A stretch of 64,000 bases of DNA from Candidatus Woesebacteria bacterium (lineage in GTDB: Bacteria; Patescibacteriota; Microgenomatia; UBA1400; PJMF01): contig JASFHL010000002.1 in NCBI GenBank assembly GCA_050123235.1, positions 79,326-143,325 of the forward strand. Reading direction: 5' to 3'. A model generated the notes under the pieces. It saw nothing but the letters and a program-made list of their open reading frames with translations, had not been told where the DNA came from and did no database searches. The position numbers and the translations under genes were made by a program. Position 1 is the stretch's first letter; every line of letters begins with the position of its first letter. This document shows, piece after piece, positions 10,066-20,246 of the stretch.

Positions 10066-10153
10066 TTAAAAATCCACTTGTCAATTCGCTATAGGTTCGG
10101 ATAAGCTAAATTTAATTTGGGATATCTTTGCCCAAATAAAAAACAAAGGACAT

Positions 10154-10774
10154 ATGGCAATTACTTTATATAAACGTCAGCGACAAATTTTGGATTTTAT
10201 TGCTCAATATATCCAAAAGCATGGTTATTCTCCAACTTTGAAAGAAATTGCTAAATGCATTGGTGTCTCATCTCTAGCGACTGTTCATGAGCATTTACAA
10301 GCATTAGAAAGAAAAAAAGTTATTAAACGACAAAGTGGCACAGTTAGAGGAATTGAATTAATTGATAGAACCTTTCTTAAACTAACAGAAAGTGTTGACC
10401 TGCCACTTTTAGGTTATATTGCTGCTGGTTCACCAATTGAACCTCACAGCGACCCTAATGCTACTTTTAAAGTTTCCCCTGAAATGATCAGCGGCAAAAG
10501 ACGGGCTTATACCCTCCAAGTTAAAGGCAAATCAATGATTGAGGATCATATCGATGATGGCGACTATGTAGTAATAGAAGAAACTCAAGATATTAATAAT
10601 GGGGATATTGTCGTGGCCCTTTTAGATAATGGCCTAGCTACTTTAAAACGTTTTTATAAAGAAGTAACTAGAATTAGATTAGAGCCAGCTAATTCTTCAA
10701 TGAGTCCAATTTATGCTACTAATGTTCAAATTCAAGGTAGAGTGGTAGGTTTAATCAGAAAATTTAAATATTAA
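10154..10774 (+). CDS. lexA: LexA repressor (wHTH plus S24 peptidase)
   Basis: N-terminal HTH, an Ala-Gly cleavage site in IAAGSPIEP, and a Ser/Lys dyad in VKGKSMIEDHIDDGDYVVIEE … LKR. Confidence 0.85.
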   Translation: MAITLYKRQRQILDFIAQYIQKHGYSPTLKEIAKCIGVSSLATVHEHLQALERKKVIKRQSGTVRGIELIDRTFLKLTESVDLPLLGYIAAGSPIEPHSDPNATFKVSPEMISGKRRAYTLQVKGKSMIEDHIDDGDYVVIEETQDINNGDIVVALLDNGLATLKRFYKEVTRIRLEPANSSMSPIYATNVQIQGRVVGLIRKFKY

Positions 10775-10825
10775 TATTTGTTCATTGTAATTATTGCGAA
10801 ACGAAGATTCGAGTTGCAGTTTTAA

Positions 10826-10853
10826 CATTTACTATAAATAAAAATAGTAAATG
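10826..10853. terminator. AT-rich perfect 10-bp hairpin between convergent genes, a possible bidirectional terminator
   Basis: CATTTACTAT-aaataaaa-ATAGTAAATG, lying between the lexA stop and the stop of the minus-strand 10859 gene. Confidence 0.35.
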
Positions 10854-10858
10854 TAAAC

Positions 10859-11410
10859 TTAATTACTTTTAAATTTTTTTTCAGAATAATTCAAACTCCA
10901 ATTCACAAAACATCTCAATACATAAAGATAGTCAGACAAACGATTAGCTATTTTTAGAATTAAAGGTCTAATAGTCTCTTTTTTCGACAAAGCTATCAGA
11001 CTCCGTTCAAAGCGTCTAGCTACTGTCCGAGCTATATCTAAAAAAACTGCTAATTCAGTTCCTCCAGGAAGTAAGAATCGCTGATGCCAATTCTCTTTCA
11101 TTCTTTTTTGCAAATCCTCTGAGTTCTTTTCTAACTTATTTAAAACAGTAATACTTAGTTTGGCTTTTGGAGATTGGGCTAGTTCAGCACCTAAAACAAA
11201 AAATTCTTTTTGAAGATAAATTAAAAATTTTTGTTCTTCTTTAAAATTAGACCCCAGCTTAGTCAACAATAGACCTAACCATGAATTTAGCTCATCCAAA
11301 TTACCAATTACTTCAAAAATTAAATCATCTTTAGCTCTCCTCTCACCATTGGCTAAAGCAGATTTACCATCATCACCACCTTTTGTAGAAATATTAATCA
11401 TATTTATCAT
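10859..11410 (-). CDS. PduO-type ATP:cob(I)alamin adenosyltransferase family protein
   Basis: N-terminus TKGGDDGKSALANGERRAKDDLIFEVIGNLDELNSWLG matches the PduO/MMAB family signature (TGDxGxTSL…RxxKDD…GxxDELN). Confidence 0.7.
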   Translation of the reverse strand: MINMINISTKGGDDGKSALANGERRAKDDLIFEVIGNLDELNSWLGLLLTKLGSNFKEEQKFLIYLQKEFFVLGAELAQSPKAKLSITVLNKLEKNSEDLQKRMKENWHQRFLLPGGTELAVFLDIARTVARRFERSLIALSKKETIRPLILKIANRLSDYLYVLRCFVNWSLNYSEKKFKSN

Positions 11411-11476
11411 TGTTTTTATCCTAACATAAAAATTAACACTTTCATTTCGATAAAATTACGGTTAAAATGAATACCC

Positions 11477-13171
11477 ATGAGCATTCATGGACTATTGACT
11501 AATAAGAAAAAAAATAAAACCAAATTTATTTTTGTATCAGGCGGAGTTTTAAGTGGTTTAGGAAAAGGTATTACTGCTGCCTCGTTAGGGGTACTGCTCA
11601 AAGAACAAGGCTATTCTGTTACCAACCTCAAGTGTGAAAATTATCTTAATATTGATTCAGGTAATATAAACCCTGTGGAACATGGTGATGTCTTTCTCTG
11701 CGAAGATGGTCTAGAAGCTGATTTGGATCTTGGTTCTTATGAAAGATTTCTTTCTCAAGAAGTAGGTTATAAAAATTTCACTACCATGGGACAGATTTAT
11801 TCCACTGTTATTCAGAAAACCAAAGACCTTCAATTCAACGGGATAACAGTTGATGCTATTCCCTATGTACCAGAAGAAGCAATCAGACGAATCTATCAAG
11901 CTGCTGAGGGGTTTGATATTATTCTGGTCGAATTAGGTGGCACCGCTGGGGAATATCAAAATGTTATTTATTATGAAGCTTATAGAATCATGAAGATGAA
12001 AAATCCTGAAGATGTAATTCATATTCATGTTACTTATTTCCCAACTCCAGCGAATATCAATGAATTAAAATCCAAACCGACTCAATTATCTGTCAAAACC
12101 CTAAACTCTATGGGTATTCAACCAGACTTTATTGTGGGCAGAGCTAGATTGCCAATTGATGACAAACGCAAAGAAAAAGTAGCTTACCATTGCAACTTAA
12201 AAAAAGAAAATGTAATCTCAAATCCTGATTGTGAGAGTATTTATCAAATTCCGCTTACTTTTCATGAGCAAGAATTTGATATCAAAGTCTTAAATCTTTT
12301 GGGCTTGAAATCTAAAAAAACCAAACTCACATCTTGGAGAAAACTAATTGAAAGAATTTTTGCTAAAAAACAAGAAAAAATTAAGATCGCTATTATTGCT
12401 AAATACATTGCTACTGGTGATTATGAACTTAAAGATTCCTATACTTCCTTAATCGAAGCACTGCAGCATGCTGCTTGGCAAAATAGATTAGATTTAGAAT
12501 TGTTATTTGTCAAAGCAGAAGGATTAGAAAAAAAACGAAAATCAGAAATCAAAAAACTCAAAGATGCCCAAGGGGTAATTGTACCAATTGGTTGGGGAGA
12601 GAGAGGTGTAGAAGGAAAAATTAATGCCATTCAATATGCTAGGGAAAATAAAATTCCTTATTTAGGCCTTTGTTATGGTATGCAATTGGCTGCTATTGAA
12701 TTCGCTCGCCATGTAGTGAAGCTCAAGGGTGCTCATACTACTGAAGTCAACCCTGCTGCCGATCACCCGATTATTCACCAAATTCCATTTGAAGCTAAAT
12801 ATCAAACAATCAAAGGTCAAGGTGCTAGTATGAGACTAGGTGCTTATGACTGTGTTTTGAAAACAAATAGTTTAGCTTATTATATTTATAAAAGCCATCA
12901 GGCTTTTAAAAACCCAAAAGAAAATTTAATTTCCGAACGTCACCGCCATCGCTTTGAATTTAACAATGCCTATAGAAATCAACTTGAATCAGCTGGGTTT
13001 ATTATCTCTGGAACTAGCCCTGATGATTTTTTTGTAGAAATGATTGAACTGCCAAAAAAACTACATCCTTTCTTTTTGGCTACTCAGGCTCATCCAGAAT
13101 ACAAATCAAGACCATTAAAACCTCATCCTATTTTTATTGAGTATCTCAAAGCAGTGGCAAAACACAAGTAA
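11477..13171 (+). CDS. pyrG: CTP synthase
   Basis: N-terminal synthase domain (FVSGGVLSGLGKGI) and glutaminase-domain Cys motif GLCYGMQLAAIEFAR. Typical length of about 560 aa. Confidence 0.9.
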   Translation: MSIHGLLTNKKKNKTKFIFVSGGVLSGLGKGITAASLGVLLKEQGYSVTNLKCENYLNIDSGNINPVEHGDVFLCEDGLEADLDLGSYERFLSQEVGYKNFTTMGQIYSTVIQKTKDLQFNGITVDAIPYVPEEAIRRIYQAAEGFDIILVELGGTAGEYQNVIYYEAYRIMKMKNPEDVIHIHVTYFPTPANINELKSKPTQLSVKTLNSMGIQPDFIVGRARLPIDDKRKEKVAYHCNLKKENVISNPDCESIYQIPLTFHEQEFDIKVLNLLGLKSKKTKLTSWRKLIERIFAKKQEKIKIAIIAKYIATGDYELKDSYTSLIEALQHAAWQNRLDLELLFVKAEGLEKKRKSEIKKLKDAQGVIVPIGWGERGVEGKINAIQYARENKIPYLGLCYGMQLAAIEFARHVVKLKGAHTTEVNPAADHPIIHQIPFEAKYQTIKGQGASMRLGAYDCVLKTNSLAYYIYKSHQAFKNPKENLISERHRHRFEFNNAYRNQLESAGFIISGTSPDDFFVEMIELPKKLHPFFLATQAHPEYKSRPLKPHPIFIEYLKAVAKHK

Positions 13172-13216
13172 GCTTGCATTCTTGCCTGATTATCAGTAAA
13201 ATAACACTTTGCTAAT

Positions 13217-13570
13217 ATGTCTCAATATTTCACTTACCACCAGCAAACCATCAGTAGTGGTGATACTGTCAAAATTCATCAAGAAATCACTGAAGGCAAG
13301 AAAAAAAGAATCCAAGTGTTTGAAGGGATAGTAATTGCTATTAAAAACAGAGGCAGAGGCCAGTCAATCACTGTTAGAAAAATTGGGGCCAATGGTATTG
13401 GAGTAGAAAAAATCTTTCCAGTCTTTTTGCCATCAATCAAAAAAATTGAACTCAAACGCAAAGGAAAAGTCAGAAGAGCTAAACTATACTACCTACGTGA
13501 CAAAATCGGTAAAGCAGCAACTAAAATTAAAGAAAAAAGTACTTTCTCCAAAGCAAGTCTCGCAACATAA
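13217..13570 (+). CDS. rplS: 50S ribosomal protein L19
   Basis: Size of 117 aa and a conserved L19 core ([27 protein letters not shown]…GVEKIFPV). Confidence 0.85.
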   Translation: MSQYFTYHQQTISSGDTVKIHQEITEGKKKRIQVFEGIVIAIKNRGRGQSITVRKIGANGIGVEKIFPVFLPSIKKIELKRKGKVRRAKLYYLRDKIGKAATKIKEKSTFSKASLAT

Positions 13571-13913
13571 TTTTAAAACTGGACAAAAAGGTGAAGATAG
13601 AGCCACTATCTTCCTGAAAAGAAAAGGCTATGAGATACTAGCTAAGAATATCAGAGCAAAAACAAAAGAAGTTGACATTATAGCTTTGGATAAAAAAACT
13701 GATGAGCTAGTATTTATTGAAGTCAAGACAAGAAAAACAAGTTTTTATGGCCATCCTAGCTTGGCAGTAAAAAAACATAAATTGCAAAACATGCAACTAG
13801 TGGCTAGAGCTTTTTTACAAAAACAAAACTTAAAAAAAGACTACAGGTTTGATATCATATCAATATTGCCTGGAAAAATTGAGCACTTTGAAAATATAAC
13901 TTGGAATTATTAG
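13497..13913 (+). CDS. YraN family (UPF0102) endonuclease-like protein; N-terminus overlaps rplS in another frame
   Basis: [50 protein letters not shown] matches the YraN core. There is no in-frame ATG after the rplS stop. Candidate starts are GTG at 13497 or TTG at 13446, both inside rplS. Confidence 0.55.
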   Translation: MTKSVKQQLKLKKKVLSPKQVSQHNFKTGQKGEDRATIFLKRKGYEILAKNIRAKTKEVDIIALDKKTDELVFIEVKTRKTSFYGHPSLAVKKHKLQNMQLVARAFLQKQNLKKDYRFDIISILPGKIEHFENITWNY

Positions 13914-13921
13914 CTTTAAAA

Positions 13922-13996
13922 GGCCCCATCGTCTATCGGCTAGGACATTGGGTTTTCATCCCAAAAAGCGGGGTTCGATTCCCCGTGGGGTCACCA
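13922..13996 (+). tRNA. tRNA-Glu (anticodon TTC)
   Basis: Cloverleaf folded by hand: acceptor GGCCCCA/TGGGGTC, T-arm CGGGGTTCGATTCCCCG, anticodon loop TT-TTC-AT, CCA encoded. Confidence 0.8.
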
Positions 13997-14080
13997 AAAA
14001 AAAACAAAAATCTTAAAATCATATAAAAAAATCAGTAATCCTAATTTAGGATCTATCAACTTTAATGCTATTATGAAGAC

Positions 14081-14557
14081 ATGAGCTTAAAAAGAGCTAA
14101 ACTGCTCATTTTTTCTATTTTCATCTCTCACCTGGCTGGAATCATTGGCTCATTGGCTACCAGTTCCTCTGTTTCTACTTGGTACCCTAAACTAAACAAG
14201 CCTCTATTTAATCCTCCTAATTGGGTTTTTGCTCCAGTTTGGTTAACTCTTTATACCTTAATGGGAACTTCTCTTTACTTAATTTGGGTCAAGGGATTTA
14301 AAAAGAAAAAAATTGAATTAACTGTTCAAGTTTTTTTTATTCATTTATTTTTTAACTCACTCTGGTCTGTAGTGTTTTTTGGGTTTCAAAATTTAGCTTT
14401 AGCATTTCTAATAATTATTATTCTATGGTTGATGATTGCCTACTTAATTAGGCTATTCTGGCAAATCAATAAAAAAGCAGCATATCTTCTTTTACCATAT
14501 ATTTTATGGGTTAGTTTTGCAGCTTTATTAAATTATTCTATTTGGCAATTGAATTAA
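14081..14557 (+). CDS. TspO/MBR (tryptophan-rich sensory protein) family membrane protein
   Basis: WYPKLNKPLFNPPNWVFAPVWLTLYTLMG signature, five predicted TM helices, Trp-rich. Confidence 0.8.
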   Translation: MSLKRAKLLIFSIFISHLAGIIGSLATSSSVSTWYPKLNKPLFNPPNWVFAPVWLTLYTLMGTSLYLIWVKGFKKKKIELTVQVFFIHLFFNSLWSVVFFGFQNLALAFLIIIILWLMIAYLIRLFWQINKKAAYLLLPYILWVSFAALLNYSIWQLN

Positions 14558-14589
14558 AGTAGGTATAAAAATCATCCAATTATGAAATC

Positions 14590-15558
14590 TTAAATCCCAG
14601 CATATCTCTCTAATAATTTAATTGACGGTAGACTGTTATGCGAAATTTTATACGCAGCTGCAGCATTAGCAAATTTAACTGCTTGGTGAACTGATTTTTT
14701 CATTTCTAAAGCTTTAATAAAAGCTGCATTAAAACAATCACCAGCTCCAACAGTATTGACAGTTTTTACCTTTAATCCAGGGACAAGAAACTCTTCTTTG
14801 GAAACTTTTGCTCTAGCTCCTTTTTCAGCTCGCTTTACGACCAAAATCTGATTTTTATTAGGCTTATATTTGTCCCACGCCTTTTTAAAATCCCCTGCAC
14901 CCCAAATTAAAGAAAACTCGGTTTCACTAGGAAGATATATTTCTGAATTTTTAACTATTTTACGTAATTTACTGATTTCTTGCTGTGAAGCATTATTGGT
15001 GACACGGCCGTGATCTAAGACTACTTTTACATTATTATCATGAGCAAGGTCTAATAACTTTTCATAAAAGGGAATTAACTGTTTAAGTTTAAAAAAACCA
15101 GACAAATAAAGATACTTCACTTTTGGAATATTTTTCTTTAGCAAAGTCAAAATATCTGAAGCTTTTAGATTTTGATTTGCTGAACCAACTACTGTCATCA
15201 GTGTTTTGCCAGCGTTATTAACATAATTGATGCCAAGGTTTGTAGATACAGTCTTTTCTTCAATCAGAGCAGGAAAAATACCTTCTACTTTAAATAACTG
15301 TTTTAATATGTCCCCTGGAATATCTTGTCCTATTTTGCCAACAAAAATAGGATATAAGTTGAGTTTTGCTGTAATTTTAGCAATGATAACAGCAGAACCT
15401 CCCAATGCAATTTCATATTCTTTACCAACTGTTTCTGTTTCAGCTTTTAAAGCATCCGTGAAAGGAAAGTCTAAAGAATTAATATCAAGATAAAGCGAAC
15501 CCAATGAGAGTAGAGTGTATTGTGATGGTTTTTTCTTTGACATAGGAACTTTAATCAC
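14590..15558 (-). CDS. PfkB-family carbohydrate kinase
   Basis: C-terminal PfkB signature GAGDCFNAAFI and an N-terminal GG dipeptide region. Confidence 0.75.
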   Translation of the reverse strand: MIKVPMSKKKPSQYTLLSLGSLYLDINSLDFPFTDALKAETETVGKEYEIALGGSAVIIAKITAKLNLYPIFVGKIGQDIPGDILKQLFKVEGIFPALIEEKTVSTNLGINYVNNAGKTLMTVVGSANQNLKASDILTLLKKNIPKVKYLYLSGFFKLKQLIPFYEKLLDLAHDNNVKVVLDHGRVTNNASQQEISKLRKIVKNSEIYLPSETEFSLIWGAGDFKKAWDKYKPNKNQILVVKRAEKGARAKVSKEEFLVPGLKVKTVNTVGAGDCFNAAFIKALEMKKSVHQAVKFANAAAAYKISHNSLPSIKLLERYAGI

Positions 15559-15708
15559 TAAATAAATCTTAAGATAATTGTATTATATTTAAATAAATTT
15601 AGCTTTTCTATTTCAAAACATAACATCATCCAAAAAATTCTTGACAGTGTTCTGATTGCAGTTTTATACTGTTTCCAAGATCTAATAAATATTAATAAAA
15701 GGAGCTAT

Positions 15709-16125
15709 ATGTCACTCATAAAACTTAATCCAGTACTCAGCTCTCTGAATAGATGGCCTGATTTTTGGGATGAAGATTTCCCTTCTTTAAATACATCAGC
15801 TTCAAATAATCTAGATGTTTATGAAACTAATGATGAAGTAATTGTTAAGGCTAATGTAGCTGGCGTACCATCAGATAAGATTGATGTTACTTATGAAAAA
15901 GGTGTTTTATGGATCAAAGCTGAGAAAGTAGAAGAAACTGATGATAAAGATAAAAAACATTATAGTAAATCATCATGGAATTATTCTTATAGAGTCGCAG
16001 TACCAGGTGTACTAAATCACAATATAGAACCAGAAGCAGAAGTTGACAATGGAGTCATCACAGTTACTTTCAAAAAGGCTGCAGAGGCTAAACCAAAAAA
16101 ACTTTCTGTTAAGTCAAAGAAATAG
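15709..16125 (+). CDS. Hsp20/alpha-crystallin family small heat-shock protein
   Basis: Alpha-crystallin domain pattern (VDVYETNDEVIVKANVAGVPSDKIDVTYEKGVLWIKAEK …VTFKK). Confidence 0.85.
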   Translation: MSLIKLNPVLSSLNRWPDFWDEDFPSLNTSASNNLDVYETNDEVIVKANVAGVPSDKIDVTYEKGVLWIKAEKVEETDDKDKKHYSKSSWNYSYRVAVPGVLNHNIEPEAEVDNGVITVTFKKAAEAKPKKLSVKSKK

Positions 16126-16178
16126 TAAATTATCCCAGATATACTTATTTCTATACTTAGCAAAGTATTAAATGACTG

Positions 16179-16646
16179 CTATTTATCACAGTCGCATTTA
16201 TTAATCGCCAGTTTCATCAGTAATGCTTGTGCCAAATCAAAAACAAGAGCTAAAACAACTACTACCTTCCACGAGCTAATTCCCATTCCCAATTGCTCTG
16301 CAAATCTTGCTACTAGCCAAAGAGCGCCTGCATTAATAAAGAAGTGAAGCACTGACCAATGGAGACAAGTTAACTTTATCTTTAATTGCTCAGATATAAA
16401 TTCAATGACAGGAGTAGCAGCGACTACAATCAAAGTAAAAGTGATCATACTATTAACTAAAGCAGCTATGGGTGAAAAAACATGAGTTCCTAGAATCACA
16501 GCTTCCTTAAACCACATACTTGCGACATAAATAATCACACTATGTACTAGCAGAAACAAACCAAACATCACGGTCAATTGCTTGGCTGTTAAGTTACAAG
16601 TACAGACTGCTGCTTTTATTTTCTTGCCTTTTTTCTTTTTGGGCAT
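16179..16646 (-). CDS. Hypothetical small membrane protein (about 4 TM)
   Basis: Hydrophobic segments only; no motif recognised. Confidence 0.35.
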   Translation of the reverse strand: MPKKKKGKKIKAAVCTCNLTAKQLTVMFGLFLLVHSVIIYVASMWFKEAVILGTHVFSPIAALVNSMITFTLIVVAATPVIEFISEQLKIKLTCLHWSVLHFFINAGALWLVARFAEQLGMGISSWKVVVVLALVFDLAQALLMKLAINKCDCDK

Positions 16647-16830
16647 TGTGTCCTTTCTCTAAAAAACTCTTATATCAGATATCTTACTCATACTTGCTTA
16701 AAAAAATCAATCTATATTAAAAAAGTCTAAACTAAAAAATGACCTCTTGATCTGAAAAATTCATAACTTAGTTCTGATAGCTTTTTAAAAAAATGTTAAG
16801 ATAGTAAAAATATATTAAAAGGAACTCAAT

Positions 16831-17409
16831 ATGTCTCTTACCAACTCGACCATGCTTCCACTTGGCACTAAAGCCATTGATTTTTCATTACCAGCTACTA
16901 CTGGCCGAGTTTCGCTGACAGATTTTAAAGATAATAAGGTCTTGACTATCGCCTTTATTTGCAATCATTGTCCTTATGTCAAACACATTCTCAACGGATT
17001 CATTAGTCTTGCCAGAGAATATCAAAGTAAAGGAGTAGCTTTTGTGGCAATTAATTCCAATGATGCCAAAGCTTACCCAGAAGATAGTTTTGAAAAAATG
17101 CAAGAAATAGCTAAAAAGATTGGTTTTCCATTTCCATACCTTTATGATGAACTGCAAGAAGTGGCAAAAAAATACAAGGCAGCTTGTACTCCAGATTTTT
17201 ATATTTTTGACCAAGACAGAAAACTAGTTTATAGAGGGCAAATGGACAATAGTAGACCTGGTAATACCGAAGCAGTCACTGGATCAGACCTGCGTACAGC
17301 CCTAGATGCTGTTTTAGCTGACAAAAAAGTTAATCCAGAACAAAAACCTAGCTCTGGCTGTAACATTAAGTGGAAAGTAGAGAATGCTCCTGACTATTTT
17401 AAGCCTTAA
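16831..17409 (+). CDS. Thioredoxin-fold protein (redoxin-like, CxxC motif CNHC)
   Basis: FICNHCPYVKH CxxC motif in a thioredoxin-like context, about 190 aa. Confidence 0.55.
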   Translation: MSLTNSTMLPLGTKAIDFSLPATTGRVSLTDFKDNKVLTIAFICNHCPYVKHILNGFISLAREYQSKGVAFVAINSNDAKAYPEDSFEKMQEIAKKIGFPFPYLYDELQEVAKKYKAACTPDFYIFDQDRKLVYRGQMDNSRPGNTEAVTGSDLRTALDAVLADKKVNPEQKPSSGCNIKWKVENAPDYFKP

Positions 17410-17438
17410 TTGATAAACTTTTTATAAAATAAACTAAT

Positions 17439-17750
17439 TTAAAAGGGCAATTCACCAGCATCTTCCAAATCTTCTAGATCATTAACTTCTTCCAAATCAG
17501 TATCATCTTCTAAGGCAGAATATTTATCCTTTATTTCTTCAATTTCATTCTTCATATTCTTGAGTTTGCCTTTCAAAAATTTAGCCAGTTCCAATCCTCG
17601 TTTGAACTTAAGCATACTTGTTTCTAGATCAACTTTACCTTCTTCAAATTCTGCCACTATTGCTTCTAATTCTGCAAAAGCTTTATTCATATCCAATTGT
17701 TTACGCTGTTTTTTTTTCATAAAATTCCTTTGATTATTAATTTTTATCAA
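17439..17750 (-). CDS. xseB: Exodeoxyribonuclease VII small subunit
   Basis: FAELEAIVAEFEEGKVDLETSMLKFKRGLELAKFLKGKL matches the XseB helical-hairpin consensus. It lies directly downstream of xseA. Confidence 0.75.
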   Translation of the reverse strand: MIKINNQRNFMKKKQRKQLDMNKAFAELEAIVAEFEEGKVDLETSMLKFKRGLELAKFLKGKLKNMKNEIEEIKDKYSALEDDTDLEEVNDLEDLEDAGELPF

Positions 17751-18996
17751 TTTTTTTTATTTGAGAAACAAAAACTCCATCTACCAAATAGGTTGAAAGC
17801 ATAGTTTCTTTTTTCAAATCAGTCACAGAGCGGACTAACTGTCCCTTTTCATCTTTACTAAAACTAAAACCTCTTTTTAAAACTTTTCTATAATCTAAAT
17901 TACTTAATAGTCTCTCTAGATTATCTAATTCCTGTATCTTTTCTTTGAGTAATCCTCTTGCCAAAGTAAGTAACTTATCCGTTTTGCTTTTCAAAGCTTG
18001 TTTGTTTAAACCTAATTTCTTTTCTCTTATAAATAAAGCCTGCCTTAATTTTCTCAGCAAGCTAAAAAATCTACTCAACTGTTTTTCAAAAAAATTAATC
18101 AATATCCTAACCTGATAATCAATCACTTCTCCTGCCTCTCTTAATAAAATTTCAAGACTGCTTTCTAGTTTCAAAACAAGATGCCTCAGCTCAGCTGCAA
18201 TTGCCTGTCTGCTAACCACCAGCAATTCCGCTGCATTAGAAGGCGTGGAGGCTCTGACATCTGCCACCAGATCTGTTAAAGCAATATCTTCTTCATGACC
18301 AATCCCACTGATAACTGGGATTTTACTGGCAAAGACTGCCCTGGCTACTGCTTCATCATTAAAACTGAGCAAATCTTCTAAAGATCCACCTCCTCGAGTT
18401 AAAACTATGGCATCTAAATTTAACTTCTTTTGCTGAGAATTAAGATATTTAAAGGCTAACAAGAGTGACTTAACACTGTTCTTTCCTTGCACATTAACCG
18501 GATAAAAATAAATTTTCAGACCACCCATTCTGGCTGATAAAATTTTAACAAAATCACTATAAGCCATAGAACCCTTGGCAGTAATTAAGCCTATCTTTTG
18601 TGGAAACTTAATTATTGTTCTTTTTCTAGCTGCATCAAATAAACCTTCTGCCATCAATTTGGTTTTGAGTTTCTCATAGGCTAATTTCAAAGCTCCTTCT
18701 CCAGCAGGAATAATTTGCTTGGCATTAAGACTAAAACGACTGCTTTTCTGATGTAAATTGGGTCGTCCATAAACATGAACTTTCATGCCTTCTTCTAGAG
18801 CATTCAAAGTAGAAATCTCATAAACTGGAGCAAAAACATTAAGACTGGCCCTGTCATCTTTAATAGTAATAAATAACCATTTACCTTGATTGATTTTTAA
18901 TTCACTAATCTCACCTTCCACCACTACCTCACCCAATGCTTTGAGGTGAGTATCGATCATGTGATTAAATTGTTGAACCTGCAAAATTTTTTCCAT
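17737..18996 (-). CDS. xseA: Exodeoxyribonuclease VII large subunit
   Basis: N-terminal OB-fold, size and pairing with xseB. The track ORF extends to 19071, but the likely start is MEKILQVQQ at 18996. Confidence 0.75.
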   Translation of the reverse strand: MEKILQVQQFNHMIDTHLKALGEVVVEGEISELKINQGKWLFITIKDDRASLNVFAPVYEISTLNALEEGMKVHVYGRPNLHQKSSRFSLNAKQIIPAGEGALKLAYEKLKTKLMAEGLFDAARKRTIIKFPQKIGLITAKGSMAYSDFVKILSARMGGLKIYFYPVNVQGKNSVKSLLLAFKYLNSQQKKLNLDAIVLTRGGGSLEDLLSFNDEAVARAVFASKIPVISGIGHEEDIALTDLVADVRASTPSNAAELLVVSRQAIAAELRHLVLKLESSLEILLREAGEVIDYQVRILINFFEKQLSRFFSLLRKLRQALFIREKKLGLNKQALKSKTDKLLTLARGLLKEKIQELDNLERLLSNLDYRKVLKRGFSFSKDEKGQLVRSVTDLKKETMLSTYLVDGVFVSQIKKIDKN

Positions 18997-19109
18997 GATA
19001 ATTGAAATTATAAACAATTCCTTAAAGCAAACTGCATTATAAGGCAACCCTTTATATCTTGGAAAGCTCAAGTTATAATGCTAATAAATTTTTTAAATTA
19101 TTGAATCTT

Positions 19110-19183
19110 GGCGCGGTACCAGAGTGGCCTAATGGCGAGGTCTGCAAAACCTTCGTTCGCGGGTTCGAATCCCGCCCGCGTCT
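19110..19183 (+). tRNA. tRNA-Cys (anticodon GCA)
   Basis: Acceptor GGCGCGG/CCGCGTC, 3-bp D-stem CCA/TGG, anticodon stem GAGGT/ACCTT with loop CT-GCA-AA, T-arm GCGGGTTCGAATCCCGC. No CCA encoded. The track ORF 19059..19247 across it is spurious. Confidence 0.8.
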
Positions 19184-19303
19184 CAATTTGAAAACATTCT
19201 CAACTACCTCTCTTCATCTTTTTCCTAAAAGCCATAGTTTCATCTAATGAAAATTTCATATACAATATTTTAATAATTAATAGTTACTTCAATTAAAGTA
19301 GTC

Positions 19304-20221
19304 ATGAACAAAATTAAAATTTTCTTTTACGCTTTTATTAACTCTTTTAAACCTAGCTATTATAAAGATGTGATTAAGGCGAAATTTTCTTTTTCGCTCA
19401 AATACTTTGCCTTTCTTCACTTATTACTTTCATTGGTTTTGGCTTTCTCTGTACTAATACCACTTTCAAAACTAGATGCAAAAGATATTGCCAATAAACT
19501 GAGCACTATTTATCCAGAAGAATTAGAGATCACTGTAGGAGGAGATGGCCTTTCTATCAACCAAGAGCTTCCCTATGTGGTTGATCTACCTTCTAGTCTT
19601 TTTGATCAAGATTCAGCACTTGCTGAGGAATTTCCGTCTAGTTTCCATATAGCAACTTTTGATTCTGATGAAAACATTAAAGGCATTAGTGATGTTCTTC
19701 AAAGAAACTCTATGCTGGTTATCACTGAATCCACTGTTTATGCTTTAAAAGATGCTAAAACCCATGAACTAAGAGTGATGCAGATTGAACCTCGCAGAGA
19801 AACTATTCGCTTTAGCAAAGATGAAGTAGATCTATTTAAAAATCAAATTTTAAAATCTTCTATTATTAAATTTAAACTCTATATCCCGTTAATCATCTTA
19901 GTTATTTTTATCCTTGTCTTTTCATTGATGACTATTGGTAGAATGATTACTATATTCTTCTTTGCTATAGTTGCTCATTTCCTAGCACAGCTTTTCTTTA
20001 AAGCTAAACAACTCTCTTACAAAAAGACTTTCCAACTGATGTTGCACTCTAGTACACTAGTCATTATAGCCCAAGAAGCTTTGAAAAAATTAAATTTAAG
20101 CTACTTAAATGGCTGGAATTATTTTTTCATCCTTTTAACCTGGACAATTTATTTATTCACTCAATTACAAGACGCCACTGCTACTAAAAAAGCAAGTACT
20201 AACAAAAAAAATAAAAAATAA
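19304..20221 (+). CDS. Hypothetical membrane protein
   Basis: N-terminal TM helix, an acidic soluble domain, then a C-terminal TM bundle. No motif recognised. Confidence 0.35.
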   Translation: MNKIKIFFYAFINSFKPSYYKDVIKAKFSFSLKYFAFLHLLLSLVLAFSVLIPLSKLDAKDIANKLSTIYPEELEITVGGDGLSINQELPYVVDLPSSLFDQDSALAEEFPSSFHIATFDSDENIKGISDVLQRNSMLVITESTVYALKDAKTHELRVMQIEPRRETIRFSKDEVDLFKNQILKSSIIKFKLYIPLIILVIFILVFSLMTIGRMITIFFFAIVAHFLAQLFFKAKQLSYKKTFQLMLHSSTLVIIAQEALKKLNLSYLNGWNYFFILLTWTIYLFTQLQDATATKKASTNKKNKK

Positions 20222-20246
20222 TTATTATTTATAGTATAATCAACTT

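Noticed and set aside
19059-19247. Track ORFs overlapping tRNA genes: 19059..19247, 41483..41878, 41608..41814, 59958..60140, 59983..60177, and the first 33 nt of 60189..60509.
   Set aside because: They are translations through tRNA-Cys, tRNA-Leu/Lys and tRNA-Leu/Pro sequences, with arginine- and cysteine-rich low-complexity products.
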